Assembly: GCA_963843655.1 (NCBI GenBank)
Contig: CAWJLD010000006.1
Location: 83,255-147,254, forward strand
DNA length: 64,000 nucleotides
Origin: an uncultured Acidobacteriaceae bacterium
Lineage (GTDB): Bacteria; Acidobacteriota; Terriglobia; Terriglobales; Acidobacteriaceae
Reading direction: 5' to 3'
The notes under the pieces are model-generated. The model had not been told where the DNA came from and ran no database searches. It was given only the letters and a program-made list of their open reading frames with translations. A program made the position numbers and the translations under genes. The stretch's first letter is position 1. Each line of letters begins with the position of its first letter. This document shows, in pieces, positions 49,829-59,111 of the stretch.

Positions 49829-51163
49829 CTATCGCGCAGACGCGCGCGCCTGGTCATCGTCCGTGAGCATATCCTTCTTAAGGATTGGGTTCATGGATGC
49901 ATTCTTGAACACATCGTCCGCAAAGAAGAACTTGCCGTCAGAAGGAACCATAACCAGTTGAATCTTATCGGAGAGTCGTTCCGCAATGATCTTGTTGATC
50001 AGTAGCGGCGATTTGTTCAACAGGTCTGCTTCGCTCTTCATACGGTATGCGTTGGCCTCAGCCACAACCTTGATGCGGCTTGCTTCAGCCTGGGCAAACA
50101 GGTTGCGGCGTTCCAACTCCGCCTTGCTGTCTATTACCTTCGCCTGTGCATCAGCCTCTGCGTTCTGGATTGTGGTTTCCTTACGCGCCTCCGCTTCGAG
50201 CTTACTCTGTTCAATCTGCTTTTGTTTCAGTGGCAGAGTAAACTGCATGGCATCCGACTCGCCGCGGGCCTCGACTACCCTGGCTTTCGCATCGCCTTCG
50301 GCGTGCTTGACTTTGCGGGCCGCGTCAGCCTCGGCCTGGAGTTCGGCGATTCTCACCTGTTTCTGCTGAATTTCAGTATCGACGCTCATCTGATCGTTCT
50401 GCTGTTCCTTCAAAAGCAGGCCTTCGAGCCCCTTTGCGTATTCCTCGGGCAACTGAATCTCAGATAGCATCACTTCCTCAACAACAATGCCATCCGCAAA
50501 CAGCTTGTGCGTAATGATCCCTGCTGCTCTGGAGCGTACTTCTTCGCGCTTGGTCGAGAAGATTTCCTTCACCGTGTATTGAGGCGCAAGTTCACGCCAC
50601 GCGCTCGAAACCACAGGAGGGACCAGCTCCTTGTCGGCCGGTTGCGGGAGGTGTGACTGCACGCTTGAAAGCTTGTTCGGGTCGAGCCGGTATCGAACCG
50701 TAACGCCCATGCCAATGTTGAGCCCTTCTTTCGATTGGACGGTGAGCATGCCACCTTTTGTGCCGCCTTTTTTCGTTGTCTCGTCCGCAAGTCCCGCGGA
50801 GAACAGGTGGTCGCGCAGATCAAAGGATTCCACGCTGTCCATCAGCGGAGTCACGAAGTGCGTCCCTGGATAAAGCGTTCCGGGTTGTGTTCCACTTATC
50901 TGACTGATTCGTACCCCGCCCATGCCTGCCGGCACAACTACGATGCCGGAGGCTATTAGCAGCGGCAAACAGCCGCAAAGGGCCAAGACCGCTGGAACTC
51001 GAATGGGCAATGGATCAAGCTTCTTCTCTTCGCCCGGTGTGCCTTCTTCGCCGGTACTCGTTTGCTTTGTCATGTGCAGCCACACGTGGTACGCCGGAAT
51101 CGCCAATGCGGAAGCCATCATGAGAGCTCCCGCGACCATCAACAACAGCTTTAGTGCAAGCAT
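49829..51163 (-). CDS. SPFH/prohibitin-flotillin domain membrane protein
   Basis: Two N-terminal TM segments, VPAG..GV, TLYPG.HF..P, SKEGL, Ala/Glu-rich coiled coil (EAEA repeats). Confidence 0.88.
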   Translation of the reverse strand: MLALKLLLMVAGALMMASALAIPAYHVWLHMTKQTSTGEEGTPGEEKKLDPLPIRVPAVLALCGCLPLLIASGIVVVPAGMGGVRISQISGTQPGTLYPGTHFVTPLMDSVESFDLRDHLFSAGLADETTKKGGTKGGMLTVQSKEGLNIGMGVTVRYRLDPNKLSSVQSHLPQPADKELVPPVVSSAWRELAPQYTVKEIFSTKREEVRSRAAGIITHKLFADGIVVEEVMLSEIQLPEEYAKGLEGLLLKEQQNDQMSVDTEIQQKQVRIAELQAEADAARKVKHAEGDAKARVVEARGESDAMQFTLPLKQKQIEQSKLEAEARKETTIQNAEADAQAKVIDSKAELERRNLFAQAEASRIKVVAEANAYRMKSEADLLNKSPLLINKIIAERLSDKIQLVMVPSDGKFFFADDVFKNASMNPILKKDMLTDDDQARASAR

Positions 51164-51333
51164 TTTCTGCCTCCAACTCTGGGTTTAGGGCTCTCTTCTT
51201 TGTGGTTTCCCGGCCGCGGAGCCAGCAGCAACCGGACCAACCCGCCATACGTCAACTCTTCGAGCAGGAGCGCCGCCGCAATCGGAAGCAGTGCCGGCCC
51301 TATAAACGCGACCAACGAACCTAACCAGTTCAT
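51151..51333 (-). CDS. Small (60 aa) membrane protein
   Basis: AAGGAG RBS, hydrophobic N-terminal half; fills the gap between the LDT and SPFH genes and overlaps the SPFH start. Confidence 0.62.
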   Translation of the reverse strand: MNWLGSLVAFIGPALLPIAAALLLEELTYGGLVRLLLAPRPGNHKEESPKPRVGGRKCLH

Positions 51334-51344
51334 CGCAGTACTCC

Positions 51345-51944
51345 TTACATCGATCCGGCAACTGGAATGGCGCTGGACACACTGGCCATAATGGTCGGTG
51401 ATGGCTGTTTGACTGCCGGGGGAATGTCGAACAGCTTCGCCGTTTCCTCATTACGCTTGCCGATGAATTCGACCGTGTCACCTACGCGCACCAGACTGAA
51501 CAATTCCTCAACATCGGCCTTGCCCATGCGGATGCAACCGTGAGATGCAGCTTTTCCAATCGATCCAGGAACATTGGTGCCGTGGATTCCATAACCGCGA
51601 ATGCTCAATCCCATCCACCGCGACCCGACAGGATTCTGCGGCCCGGGAGGAACAATGCGGCCCTCGTGCATGTAGGTTGGATCGGTGACGCGATTCTCGA
51701 TGGTGAAAGTGCCAACCGGACTGGGAGTGGAAGGCTTGCCAATCGCGACGGTGTAAACCTTCTTGACCTCCCCGTCTTCGATGAGAGCCAGCTTGCGGTC
51801 TTCAAGGCTGACGACAATCGCTCGTTTTGGCGTCTCAATGGGTTCCGGCGCCCTGTTCTCCTGCGCTTCAGCCTGCTTGCCTGCAATTGCCGGAACCAAA
51901 CCGATCACAACCATCGTCAGCTTGATGATCCCCAGAATCTTCAT
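51345..51944 (-). CDS. L,D-transpeptidase (YkuD family), exported
   Basis: VAIGK..TPSP.G, NPVG.RW, YGIHGT....IG..ASHGCIRM; GGAGGGG RBS before ATG 51944. Confidence 0.94.
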   Translation of the reverse strand: MKILGIIKLTMVVIGLVPAIAGKQAEAQENRAPEPIETPKRAIVVSLEDRKLALIEDGEVKKVYTVAIGKPSTPSPVGTFTIENRVTDPTYMHEGRIVPPGPQNPVGSRWMGLSIRGYGIHGTNVPGSIGKAASHGCIRMGKADVEELFSLVRVGDTVEFIGKRNEETAKLFDIPPAVKQPSPTIMASVSSAIPVAGSM

Positions 51945-51993
51945 TGCTCCCCTCCAGAATTCTTTTGCGTTGAACCGCGAACGGAATAGAGGA

Positions 51994-52010
51994 TTGCACC
52001 CTCCGGACCA
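51994..52010 (-). promoter_or_regulatory. Putative sigma54 (-24/-12) promoter for the L,D-transpeptidase operon
   Basis: Minus strand TGG-TCCGGAGGGT-GCAA has exact GG-N10-GC spacing, 50 nt upstream of the ATG; an AT-rich IHF-like tract lies just upstream. Confidence 0.5.
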
Positions 52011-52043
52011 AATGCCATCGCAATGATTCACAAAGACTTATGC

Positions 52044-52286
52044 CCACCTGAGAGGTGGCGGCGCGTGTCATCGCACACACATGTGTGCGGCTCTGACACA
52101 CCTGAGGTCTTGGAAATGCGCCATCTTCACGGTGAGGAGACTCCACCTTCTGACTGAAAAGAGGAGGTTGGCAAGCCTTCACGGTCGGCCGGAATCCGGG
52201 CCAGACACGTTCAGGCATCTTGTAGGAGTGAACGGTGGGGTTCCAGGCTTTACCCCGCGACTTAAAGGTCAGACCATTGGCCGGCT
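52044..52286 (+). ncRNA. Candidate structured non-coding RNA of unknown family
   Basis: About ten stems found by eye, including a closed multibranch domain at 52183-52286; G-U pairs favour the + strand. Confidence 0.4.
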
Positions 52287-52564
52287 CTCGAGTGCTGATT
52301 AGCGGATCATGCCGACTGTAACCCTGCTATAGACTCTCCCTCATCAAAGCTGATCCCGATCTGGATAACCCCGTGCTCCGCTTGAGGTTCTACCTCGCTC
52401 CAGGCACATTAGCCACTTGCACGCATCAGACGACTACATTGACTACCCAAGCGCAAGCGGAATTCTTCTCACTGAGTTCGCAATATGTTGGGCACACGTG
52501 TTGCCATTTCTATATGCGCTCAAGCTACACTGATTCGGTCGATTGATTTGGGTGAGGTCTTCTC

Positions 52565-54559
52565 ATGCAGTTGAAACGTTTTTTCGTTGTACTTGTTGCC
52601 CTGGGCCTTTTGCCTGCACATTTCAACCTTGGATATGCACAACCTGCTGCACCCGCGCCGGCCGCTACTGAGCTTCCCTTTGTGAGCCCTATCTTTGGCG
52701 ACGACATGGTGCTGCAGCGAAATAAGACCGACAATATCTGGGGGTGGTCCGAACCGGGCGATAAGATTCGTGTAGAGATCGGAGATCAGTCCGCTACTGC
52801 CGTGACCGGAACCGATAAACGCTGGCAGGTTGAAATTCAGGCGCCTCCCGCTGGTGGTCCCTATACGGTCAAGATTATGGGGCGTCAAAGCATTGAACTG
52901 CACAATGTTCTGGTGGGCGATGTCTGGATAGGCGGCGGTCAATCGAACATGGAGTTCAAGCTGCGAGGCGCATTGAATGCCGACGAAGAAGTGAAGGCCG
53001 CCAACTATCCGCAGATTCGATTCTTCAACGTGGCTGAGCACGTTTCATATCACCCTGCGGATGTTGTAAGCGGTTCATGGCAGGTGGTAACGCCGGATAC
53101 CGCTGCACAACTCTCGGCAGTGGCATACTACTTCGCGCGCCGCGTGCAGCAGGACGTTCATATACCGATCGGGCTGGTGGTTGATTGCGTTGGCGGAACT
53201 CCTGCGGAGACATGGACAAGCGCCACCACGCTGCGCAAGCTCGGCGGGCTTGAGGTCCCGCTCGCTGAACTGCAAAGAGTCGCCGACGGAAACGGCCCCG
53301 CATATGGCAATTACGTGATGGGTTGGTACGACCGTTACGACATAGGCATGAAGGAAGACTGGTCTAATCCGTCTCTGGACGATTCAAGTTGGAAGCCGGT
53401 CGATCTCTTCGGAGGATTCGCTGCGCTCGGCATGCCGGACACTCCCGCAGTTGTCTGGCTCCGCAAAGACCTTGTACTTCCCGATCCACTGCCCGCAGGC
53501 CGAGCGATGTTGTCTCTTGGCATCGTAGAACGCATGGACACTGTCTATATCAACGGCAAACGTGTTGGCGGCAGCGCATGGGTTGAGAATCCCCGCAATT
53601 ACCGCCTTCGCGACGGTATCCTCAAGCCCGGCCACAACTCGCTGGTGATTCGCGTGCTGAAAACAAAGCCCGATGGCGGATTCGAAAGCAAGCCCGATGT
53701 AATTCATTTGACTCTCGGCGACCAGACTCCAATACCCTTAGCCGATGGCTGGAAGGCCAAAGTGAGTGTGGACGCGCGTCCTCCACATGACTTGCCGATC
53801 TCTTATGAGAACTGGCCGGTCATGCCCGCCGTTCTCTACATGGGCATGCTTGAGCCGGTAGCGCCGCTCTCGATCACCGGCGCTATCTGGTACCAGGGCG
53901 AAGCCAACGCCAAGCGCGGATATGAGTATCGCAAAGTCATGCCGGCCATGATCTCCGACTGGCGCAAGCTCTTTGGTCAAGGCGATTTCCCGTTCTATAT
54001 CGTTGGTCTCCCCCTTTACATGAAACACAGCCCCACTCCTGTAGATGGCGATGAATGGGCGGAATTGCGCGAGTCGCAGGCAGTCACTGTCAAAACGGTT
54101 CCGAATACTTGCCTTGCCACCACCGTAGACACCGGCGATCCCAACACCGTGCATCCCAAGGAGAAGATTCCCGTTGGAGACAGGCTCGCTTACTGCGCAC
54201 TTGCGCTGAACTACGGAGAGAAGATTCCGTACCAGGGTCCAGCGTTTAAATCGATGGACATGCTCGGGACTGCGATTCGCCTGCACTTCGCTCATGCTGA
54301 AGGCGGCCTGGTAGTCAAAGGAGACAAGCCGCCGGAGTTTGCAATTGCCGGAGAAGATCGCAAATGGTATCCGGCCGATGCACACATCTTCGGCGATACG
54401 GTGATCGTCTCGTCGAGTATGGTGCAGCGTCCGGTAGCGGCGCGTTACGCGTGGCAATCCAACCCCAACGCGTTTCTGTACAACAAGGCAGGACTGCCTG
54501 CCGTTCCCTTCCGCACAGACGATTGGCCGGGACTGACTGATGATCGTCGGCCTTACTGA
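52565..54559 (+). CDS. Sialate O-acetylesterase family (SASA) with an inserted sugar-binding domain
   Basis: Signal peptide; FGDDMVLQR, GDVW..GGQSNME, WYQGE.N, HPKEK, LPA.PFRTD. Confidence 0.9.
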   Translation: MQLKRFFVVLVALGLLPAHFNLGYAQPAAPAPAATELPFVSPIFGDDMVLQRNKTDNIWGWSEPGDKIRVEIGDQSATAVTGTDKRWQVEIQAPPAGGPYTVKIMGRQSIELHNVLVGDVWIGGGQSNMEFKLRGALNADEEVKAANYPQIRFFNVAEHVSYHPADVVSGSWQVVTPDTAAQLSAVAYYFARRVQQDVHIPIGLVVDCVGGTPAETWTSATTLRKLGGLEVPLAELQRVADGNGPAYGNYVMGWYDRYDIGMKEDWSNPSLDDSSWKPVDLFGGFAALGMPDTPAVVWLRKDLVLPDPLPAGRAMLSLGIVERMDTVYINGKRVGGSAWVENPRNYRLRDGILKPGHNSLVIRVLKTKPDGGFESKPDVIHLTLGDQTPIPLADGWKAKVSVDARPPHDLPISYENWPVMPAVLYMGMLEPVAPLSITGAIWYQGEANAKRGYEYRKVMPAMISDWRKLFGQGDFPFYIVGLPLYMKHSPTPVDGDEWAELRESQAVTVKTVPNTCLATTVDTGDPNTVHPKEKIPVGDRLAYCALALNYGEKIPYQGPAFKSMDMLGTAIRLHFAHAEGGLVVKGDKPPEFAIAGEDRKWYPADAHIFGDTVIVSSSMVQRPVAARYAWQSNPNAFLYNKAGLPAVPFRTDDWPGLTDDRRPY

Positions 54560-54560
54560 G

Positions 54561-54599
54561 ATAACACGCCTGTTCCTCGCCGGAACAGGCGTGTTGTTT
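54561..54599 (+). terminator. Intrinsic terminator-like hairpin
   Basis: 14-bp perfect stem AACACGCCTGTTCC / GGAACAGGCGTGTT followed by GTTT. Confidence 0.7.
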
Positions 54600-54669
54600 A
54601 TTGCCGTCTCCAAACGGGCCCTTACCGCAACAAATTTCACGCTTAGGAAGCGTGCCAGGATTGCAGAGT

Positions 54670-56970
54670 ATGAACATGCGTGTATTAACCTTTGATGGTG
54701 GCAACTTTGGAAAGATCGGCGGACTGCTGAAAGCATTCACAGCTCTATTGATCGTGCTTCTGCTTTCGGCGCAACCTGCGTCCTCGCAACGGAATGGAAG
54801 AGTACATCTTGGCCAGCTTCAAAGCGGAGCCGAAGTATCGTTCACGCGTGCGCAAGCAGGCACATGGGGCATTGAAATCGCCGGTGGACCCGCTCCGCGA
54901 GTAGCGCAACCAACTCCCGTCGAGTTTGAAATCTATCGCACTGACAACGACATCCAGCAGCTTGCTGCGGGCTACAAAACAGTTCAAGCATCGCCTGCAG
55001 GAGTTGATGCGCAAGCTGAGATTGCCGACGGTGATAGCGTCGTATTTCATATTCACGACCGCTGGGCTATAAGCTCGGGCATATTGTCTCTGCACCGCAG
55101 CGTTGAAGTGAAAGGTAATGCGCCCGGCGGCTTCGACTCGGAGATCAATTTCACTATCGACCCCGCAGTCACCTGGCCCGACATCAATTTCATGGTGCCC
55201 GGCGCAATTTATGGCGATCCCACCTACGACAGCGACCGATCACCCGGTGGGACCTTGAACTATAACGCCCACCATCTGATGATGCGCGAAGACATTCTTG
55301 CCGCGCCGCTCTTCGCCATGTCGTTCGGAAATGGCTCCTCAATCGCGTTCCTCGATCCCGCCCCCAAAGGCGACACCACCGAGGAAGAATCCAAGTTGAC
55401 TAAGCTGGTGATGATCGATGAGCGCTTTAAGTTTGGCGCGCTTGGCGCCTGGCAAAATGATGACGGCGCAATCGAATTTGGATTTCGATATCCCGGCACT
55501 GTCCAGGACTATGGTGGCCGCCGCGGTGAGCCGCCAGTGCACCGCTGGGTCCGCAGATACCATCCCATCACCAATGGATTCATCCAAAGTTATGAGGTGC
55601 AATTTCGTTTCGGCAAGGGCGAGTCATTCCGCGATGTAACCCGCAATGATTGGCGTTGGGCGTGGAACACGTTGAAACCTCCCGTGAACTATATCGACGT
55701 GGAGCAGATGCGCCGGGTCTTGCTCGATCACCTCGAATCGCAGGTTCTGACCATTGACGGTCGTACTGCGATGCCGTTTGTCGTGGACACCATGACCAAT
55801 GATCGCAACTGGAACTGGAGTATGGTCGCAATGGGTTTCGTGGGCAAGGACATCGAATGTGCCGATATGTTGCTCCGTGAAGGTGACCGCGACAAGTCGG
55901 CGCGTGGCCGGCAGATGCGCCAGACCGGCCTGGACATGACCTCCACCATCATCAAGGTGCTGCATAATGTCCCGCTGGAGGGTACCGGCTTCGATCTCAA
56001 TTCGGGAACACCATGGAACCACATCTGGACTTCTCCATGGCTGCGAAATGCTACGGAAGATATGGCCGTGCTGATGCGTGCGTATCGCCGCGAGCTGGCA
56101 GAAGGGCGTCCGCATCCCGACTGGCTTGACTGGGTAAAAAGGTACTCCGATTGGCTGATTCAACAGCAGCGTGAGGATGGTTCCTACCCGCGCCGTTGGC
56201 AGCCTGGCAGCAGCGAGGTGGCAGAAGCTTCAGGAACTTCAAGCTATAACCCAGTGCCGCTGCTGGTCTTGATGACACAGATTACCGGTGACCAGAAATA
56301 TCAGCAATCGGCCATTCGTGCTGCCGATTACGTGTGGAGTCAATGGGGAACGCGTGGCCAGTTCATCGGTGGCGCTATCGACAATCCAAACATCACCGAT
56401 AAAGAGGCCGGAATGCTCAGCATGGAAGCCTATCTGAGCCTTTATGAAGTGACCAAGGAGCCCAAGTGGCTTGAACGAGCCGAGGCCGCAGGCAACTTTG
56501 CCGAGAGCTGGATATGGATATGGAATCTTCCCATGCCCATAGACGCCGACAATGCAAAGCTCCACTGGAAAAAAGGCGTGCCCACGGTTGGCCTGCAGGA
56601 CATTACAGCAGCCAACACCGGAAGCACCGATGAGTATCTCGATTGGGCTGTGCCGTCCTACGCCCGTCTGTACGAGTACACGAAAGATCCTCATTATCTT
56701 TATGTCGCGAAGGTTCTTCTGCACGACACCAAGTCGATGGTTGCGATTCCTGGACGGCAGTACGACATGAAAGGCATTGGCTGGCAGCAGGAAAACTTCA
56801 GATTGGGGCCGGGGCCTTCAGGCCGCGGCATGGGTTCGCATCGCAAGTGGCTGCCTTGGGTCTCTGCGAACCATCTGCATGGAATCTCTGCCCTTCAAGA
56901 GTTTGACCCCGTTCTCTACAAGCAGATGTCAACCAAGCCTGCAACCGGAACAGACAAAACTGCGAAATGA
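54670..56970 (+). CDS. Exported hypothetical protein, probable (alpha/alpha)6-barrel carbohydrate-active enzyme
   Basis: Signal-like hydrophobic stretch; helical repeats such as YLSLYEVTKEPKWLERA, LYEYTKDPHYL, QQREDGS; start uncertain. Confidence 0.6.
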   Translation: MNMRVLTFDGGNFGKIGGLLKAFTALLIVLLLSAQPASSQRNGRVHLGQLQSGAEVSFTRAQAGTWGIEIAGGPAPRVAQPTPVEFEIYRTDNDIQQLAAGYKTVQASPAGVDAQAEIADGDSVVFHIHDRWAISSGILSLHRSVEVKGNAPGGFDSEINFTIDPAVTWPDINFMVPGAIYGDPTYDSDRSPGGTLNYNAHHLMMREDILAAPLFAMSFGNGSSIAFLDPAPKGDTTEEESKLTKLVMIDERFKFGALGAWQNDDGAIEFGFRYPGTVQDYGGRRGEPPVHRWVRRYHPITNGFIQSYEVQFRFGKGESFRDVTRNDWRWAWNTLKPPVNYIDVEQMRRVLLDHLESQVLTIDGRTAMPFVVDTMTNDRNWNWSMVAMGFVGKDIECADMLLREGDRDKSARGRQMRQTGLDMTSTIIKVLHNVPLEGTGFDLNSGTPWNHIWTSPWLRNATEDMAVLMRAYRRELAEGRPHPDWLDWVKRYSDWLIQQQREDGSYPRRWQPGSSEVAEASGTSSYNPVPLLVLMTQITGDQKYQQSAIRAADYVWSQWGTRGQFIGGAIDNPNITDKEAGMLSMEAYLSLYEVTKEPKWLERAEAAGNFAESWIWIWNLPMPIDADNAKLHWKKGVPTVGLQDITAANTGSTDEYLDWAVPSYARLYEYTKDPHYLYVAKVLLHDTKSMVAIPGRQYDMKGIGWQQENFRLGPGPSGRGMGSHRKWLPWVSANHLHGISALQEFDPVLYKQMSTKPATGTDKTAK

Positions 56971-57453
56971 ATCCGAAACACGATGCCTTCCGCGAGTGCA
57001 CCACGATGCGTGGGGCGCTCTGACTTGCGATTTTCTCACCCATTTGTAGAACGTCGGCTCGCTGATCTCGTGCTCCCGATGAGGTCCAAGGCCTTCACAC
57101 CGGCCTCATGTTGACACAGAATCCCGTCGAGCCGTCACCGCCTCCTCTCCAGAATCGGCCACTTTATCATTCACCCGACAATGTAGGGTACCGGAGTCTG
57201 GAAGCCCTGCGTCTCAAGGCTTGTATCATCATTATTAGTACATCAAGTTGTTTGCTTTCCGGCTGGTTTCGGATGTAGCTTTTCCGCACAGATGCCCGAA
57301 GCCGAATCGTGAGTCTCCGGCGTGCCCATGAGAACATGGGTAGAGGTTATTGCTCCAGAGTGGCGAGCCGCCTGGATTCGCTCCCAACAATTTTGACAGG
57401 CCGCAGAAGATTCGTTCGCAAGGCATCCGAGTCGAGCGGTAGGAGGCCTTTGC

Positions 57454-58977
57454 ATGTCTTCCCCAAAGACGTTGCGCGAATTGATTGATAAAGATCTGCG
57501 TGGCGCAAAGTTCATCGCCGTCTCCAACCGCGAGCCATACGTCCATAATCACGCGAATGGAACCATCACATGCTCGCGGCCGGCCGGAGGCCTCACTGCT
57601 GCGATGGATCCCATCATGCGGTCGTCCGGCGGGGTATGGATCGCGCACGGCTCTGGGTCGGCAGATGTCGAAACTGCAGATGCCGCCGGCAGGCTCGGAG
57701 TTCCTCCTGAAAATCCTGCATATACGCTCCGGCGCGTCATGATGGACGAGAAACTTCATCACGAGTTCTACTACGGCCTCGCGAATGAAGGCCTCTGGCC
57801 GCTTTGTCATGTCGCCTTCACGCGCCCCATCTTCCGGCCTCGTGAATGGGATAGCTACAAGAAAGCAAATCAAATCTTTGCAGACGCTGTGCTTGAAGAG
57901 GCAAACGGCGAACCGGCTTTTGTATTTATTCAGGACTACCACTTCGCTCTCTTGCCTCGCATGTTGAAAGAGAGAAATCCAAGACTCATCGTTGCTCAGT
58001 TCTGGCATATTCCGTGGCCGAATCGAGAGGCATTCCGTGCCTTCCCATGGAAGACAGAACTTCTGGATGGCCTGCTGGGAAACGATCTGCTGGGCTTTCA
58101 CCTCCACTATCACTGCTCGAATTTTCTTGAAACTGTGGATCGCAATCTTGAGGCGCTTGTCAGTCCGGAGCATCGCAATATTCGCCGCCAGGGTGGAACC
58201 ACTTTGGTGCGGCCTTTTCCCATCAGCATCGATTTCGCGGCTCACGAAGTCACCACCGCAAGCAGCGAAGTGGAGGCGGAAGTTGCGTGGTGGCGAAAGA
58301 CGTTGCGCCTGCAAGACTCTGGCGTGGAATTTATTGGTGTAGGCATCGACCGCATTGATTACACAAAAGGAATTCCAGACAGAATTCTTGGTCTCGACCT
58401 GTTCCTTGAAGAACATCCGGAGTATCGAGGCAAAGTGCAGTTTGTTCAGATCGGCGTCCCCAGCAGAGTTGATATCGGCGAGTATCAGACATTGAACTCT
58501 GAAATCGACAGGATGGTGAAATACATCAACAAGAGATGGTCGACTGACTCATGGACTCCAGTTGTCTTCTTTCGACAGTACTTCAATCTTCCGCAATTGA
58601 TTGGGTTGCACAAGCTGGCTGATTTCTGCGTTGTCACTTCTCTGCACGATGGAATGAACCTGGTTGCGAAGGAATATGTTGCGAGCCGATCGGACAATGG
58701 CGGTGTTCTCATTCTCAGCAGATTTACCGGCTCTGCGCGCGAGCTACCCGATGCACTCCTTGTGAATCCCTTTGCGATCGGCGAGATCGCCGAGGCCATT
58801 GCCACCGCGGTATCCATGCCGGTTGCCGAACAACGCCGGCGCATGCAGCGGATGCGCAGCGCCGTAGCCGGCAACAACATTTACGATTGGGCAACCAAGA
58901 TACTTTCCGTACTTTTTCGATTTGATATCCCCGCGGAAGACCTTGAGGACGGAGATTCGGACACTGATTTGATGTAG
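57454..58977 (+). CDS. otsA: Trehalose-6-phosphate synthase (GT20)
   Basis: VSNREP, AGGL, LWPLCH, QDYH, HIPWP, DRIDYTKGI, DGMNLVAKEY; AGGAGG RBS. Confidence 0.9.
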   Translation: MSSPKTLRELIDKDLRGAKFIAVSNREPYVHNHANGTITCSRPAGGLTAAMDPIMRSSGGVWIAHGSGSADVETADAAGRLGVPPENPAYTLRRVMMDEKLHHEFYYGLANEGLWPLCHVAFTRPIFRPREWDSYKKANQIFADAVLEEANGEPAFVFIQDYHFALLPRMLKERNPRLIVAQFWHIPWPNREAFRAFPWKTELLDGLLGNDLLGFHLHYHCSNFLETVDRNLEALVSPEHRNIRRQGGTTLVRPFPISIDFAAHEVTTASSEVEAEVAWWRKTLRLQDSGVEFIGVGIDRIDYTKGIPDRILGLDLFLEEHPEYRGKVQFVQIGVPSRVDIGEYQTLNSEIDRMVKYINKRWSTDSWTPVVFFRQYFNLPQLIGLHKLADFCVVTSLHDGMNLVAKEYVASRSDNGGVLILSRFTGSARELPDALLVNPFAIGEIAEAIATAVSMPVAEQRRRMQRMRSAVAGNNIYDWATKILSVLFRFDIPAEDLEDGDSDTDLM

Positions 58978-59111
58978 GATGCGTCTGCTCGATCTCCTGC
59001 TGCGTTCGCTGTTCCAGGACTGTTAGCTGCCTAACATTGCGAGTGCCACCAACACAATGCTGCCGCCATCATGATGCTCTTACTCTGAACGCAAAGAGGT
59101 GATTTGAAATA

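Noticed and set aside
52050-52059. GAGAGGTGGC matching the 5' end of tRNA-Ser as a possible att copy
   Set aside because: Only 10 bp, on the wrong side relative to the integrase, and plausible by chance
52040-52310. c-di-AMP (ydaO) riboswitch upstream of the L,D-transpeptidase, or 6S RNA
   Set aside because: Consensus motifs not found on the minus strand, G-U pairing favours the plus strand, and the fold is multibranched rather than a 6S rod
53738-54736. 332-aa minus-strand ORF
   Set aside because: Antisense to the well-supported esterase gene; long shadow frames are expected in GC-rich coding DNA
57235-58416. 393-aa minus-strand ORF
   Set aside because: Antisense shadow of otsA with no recognisable motifs
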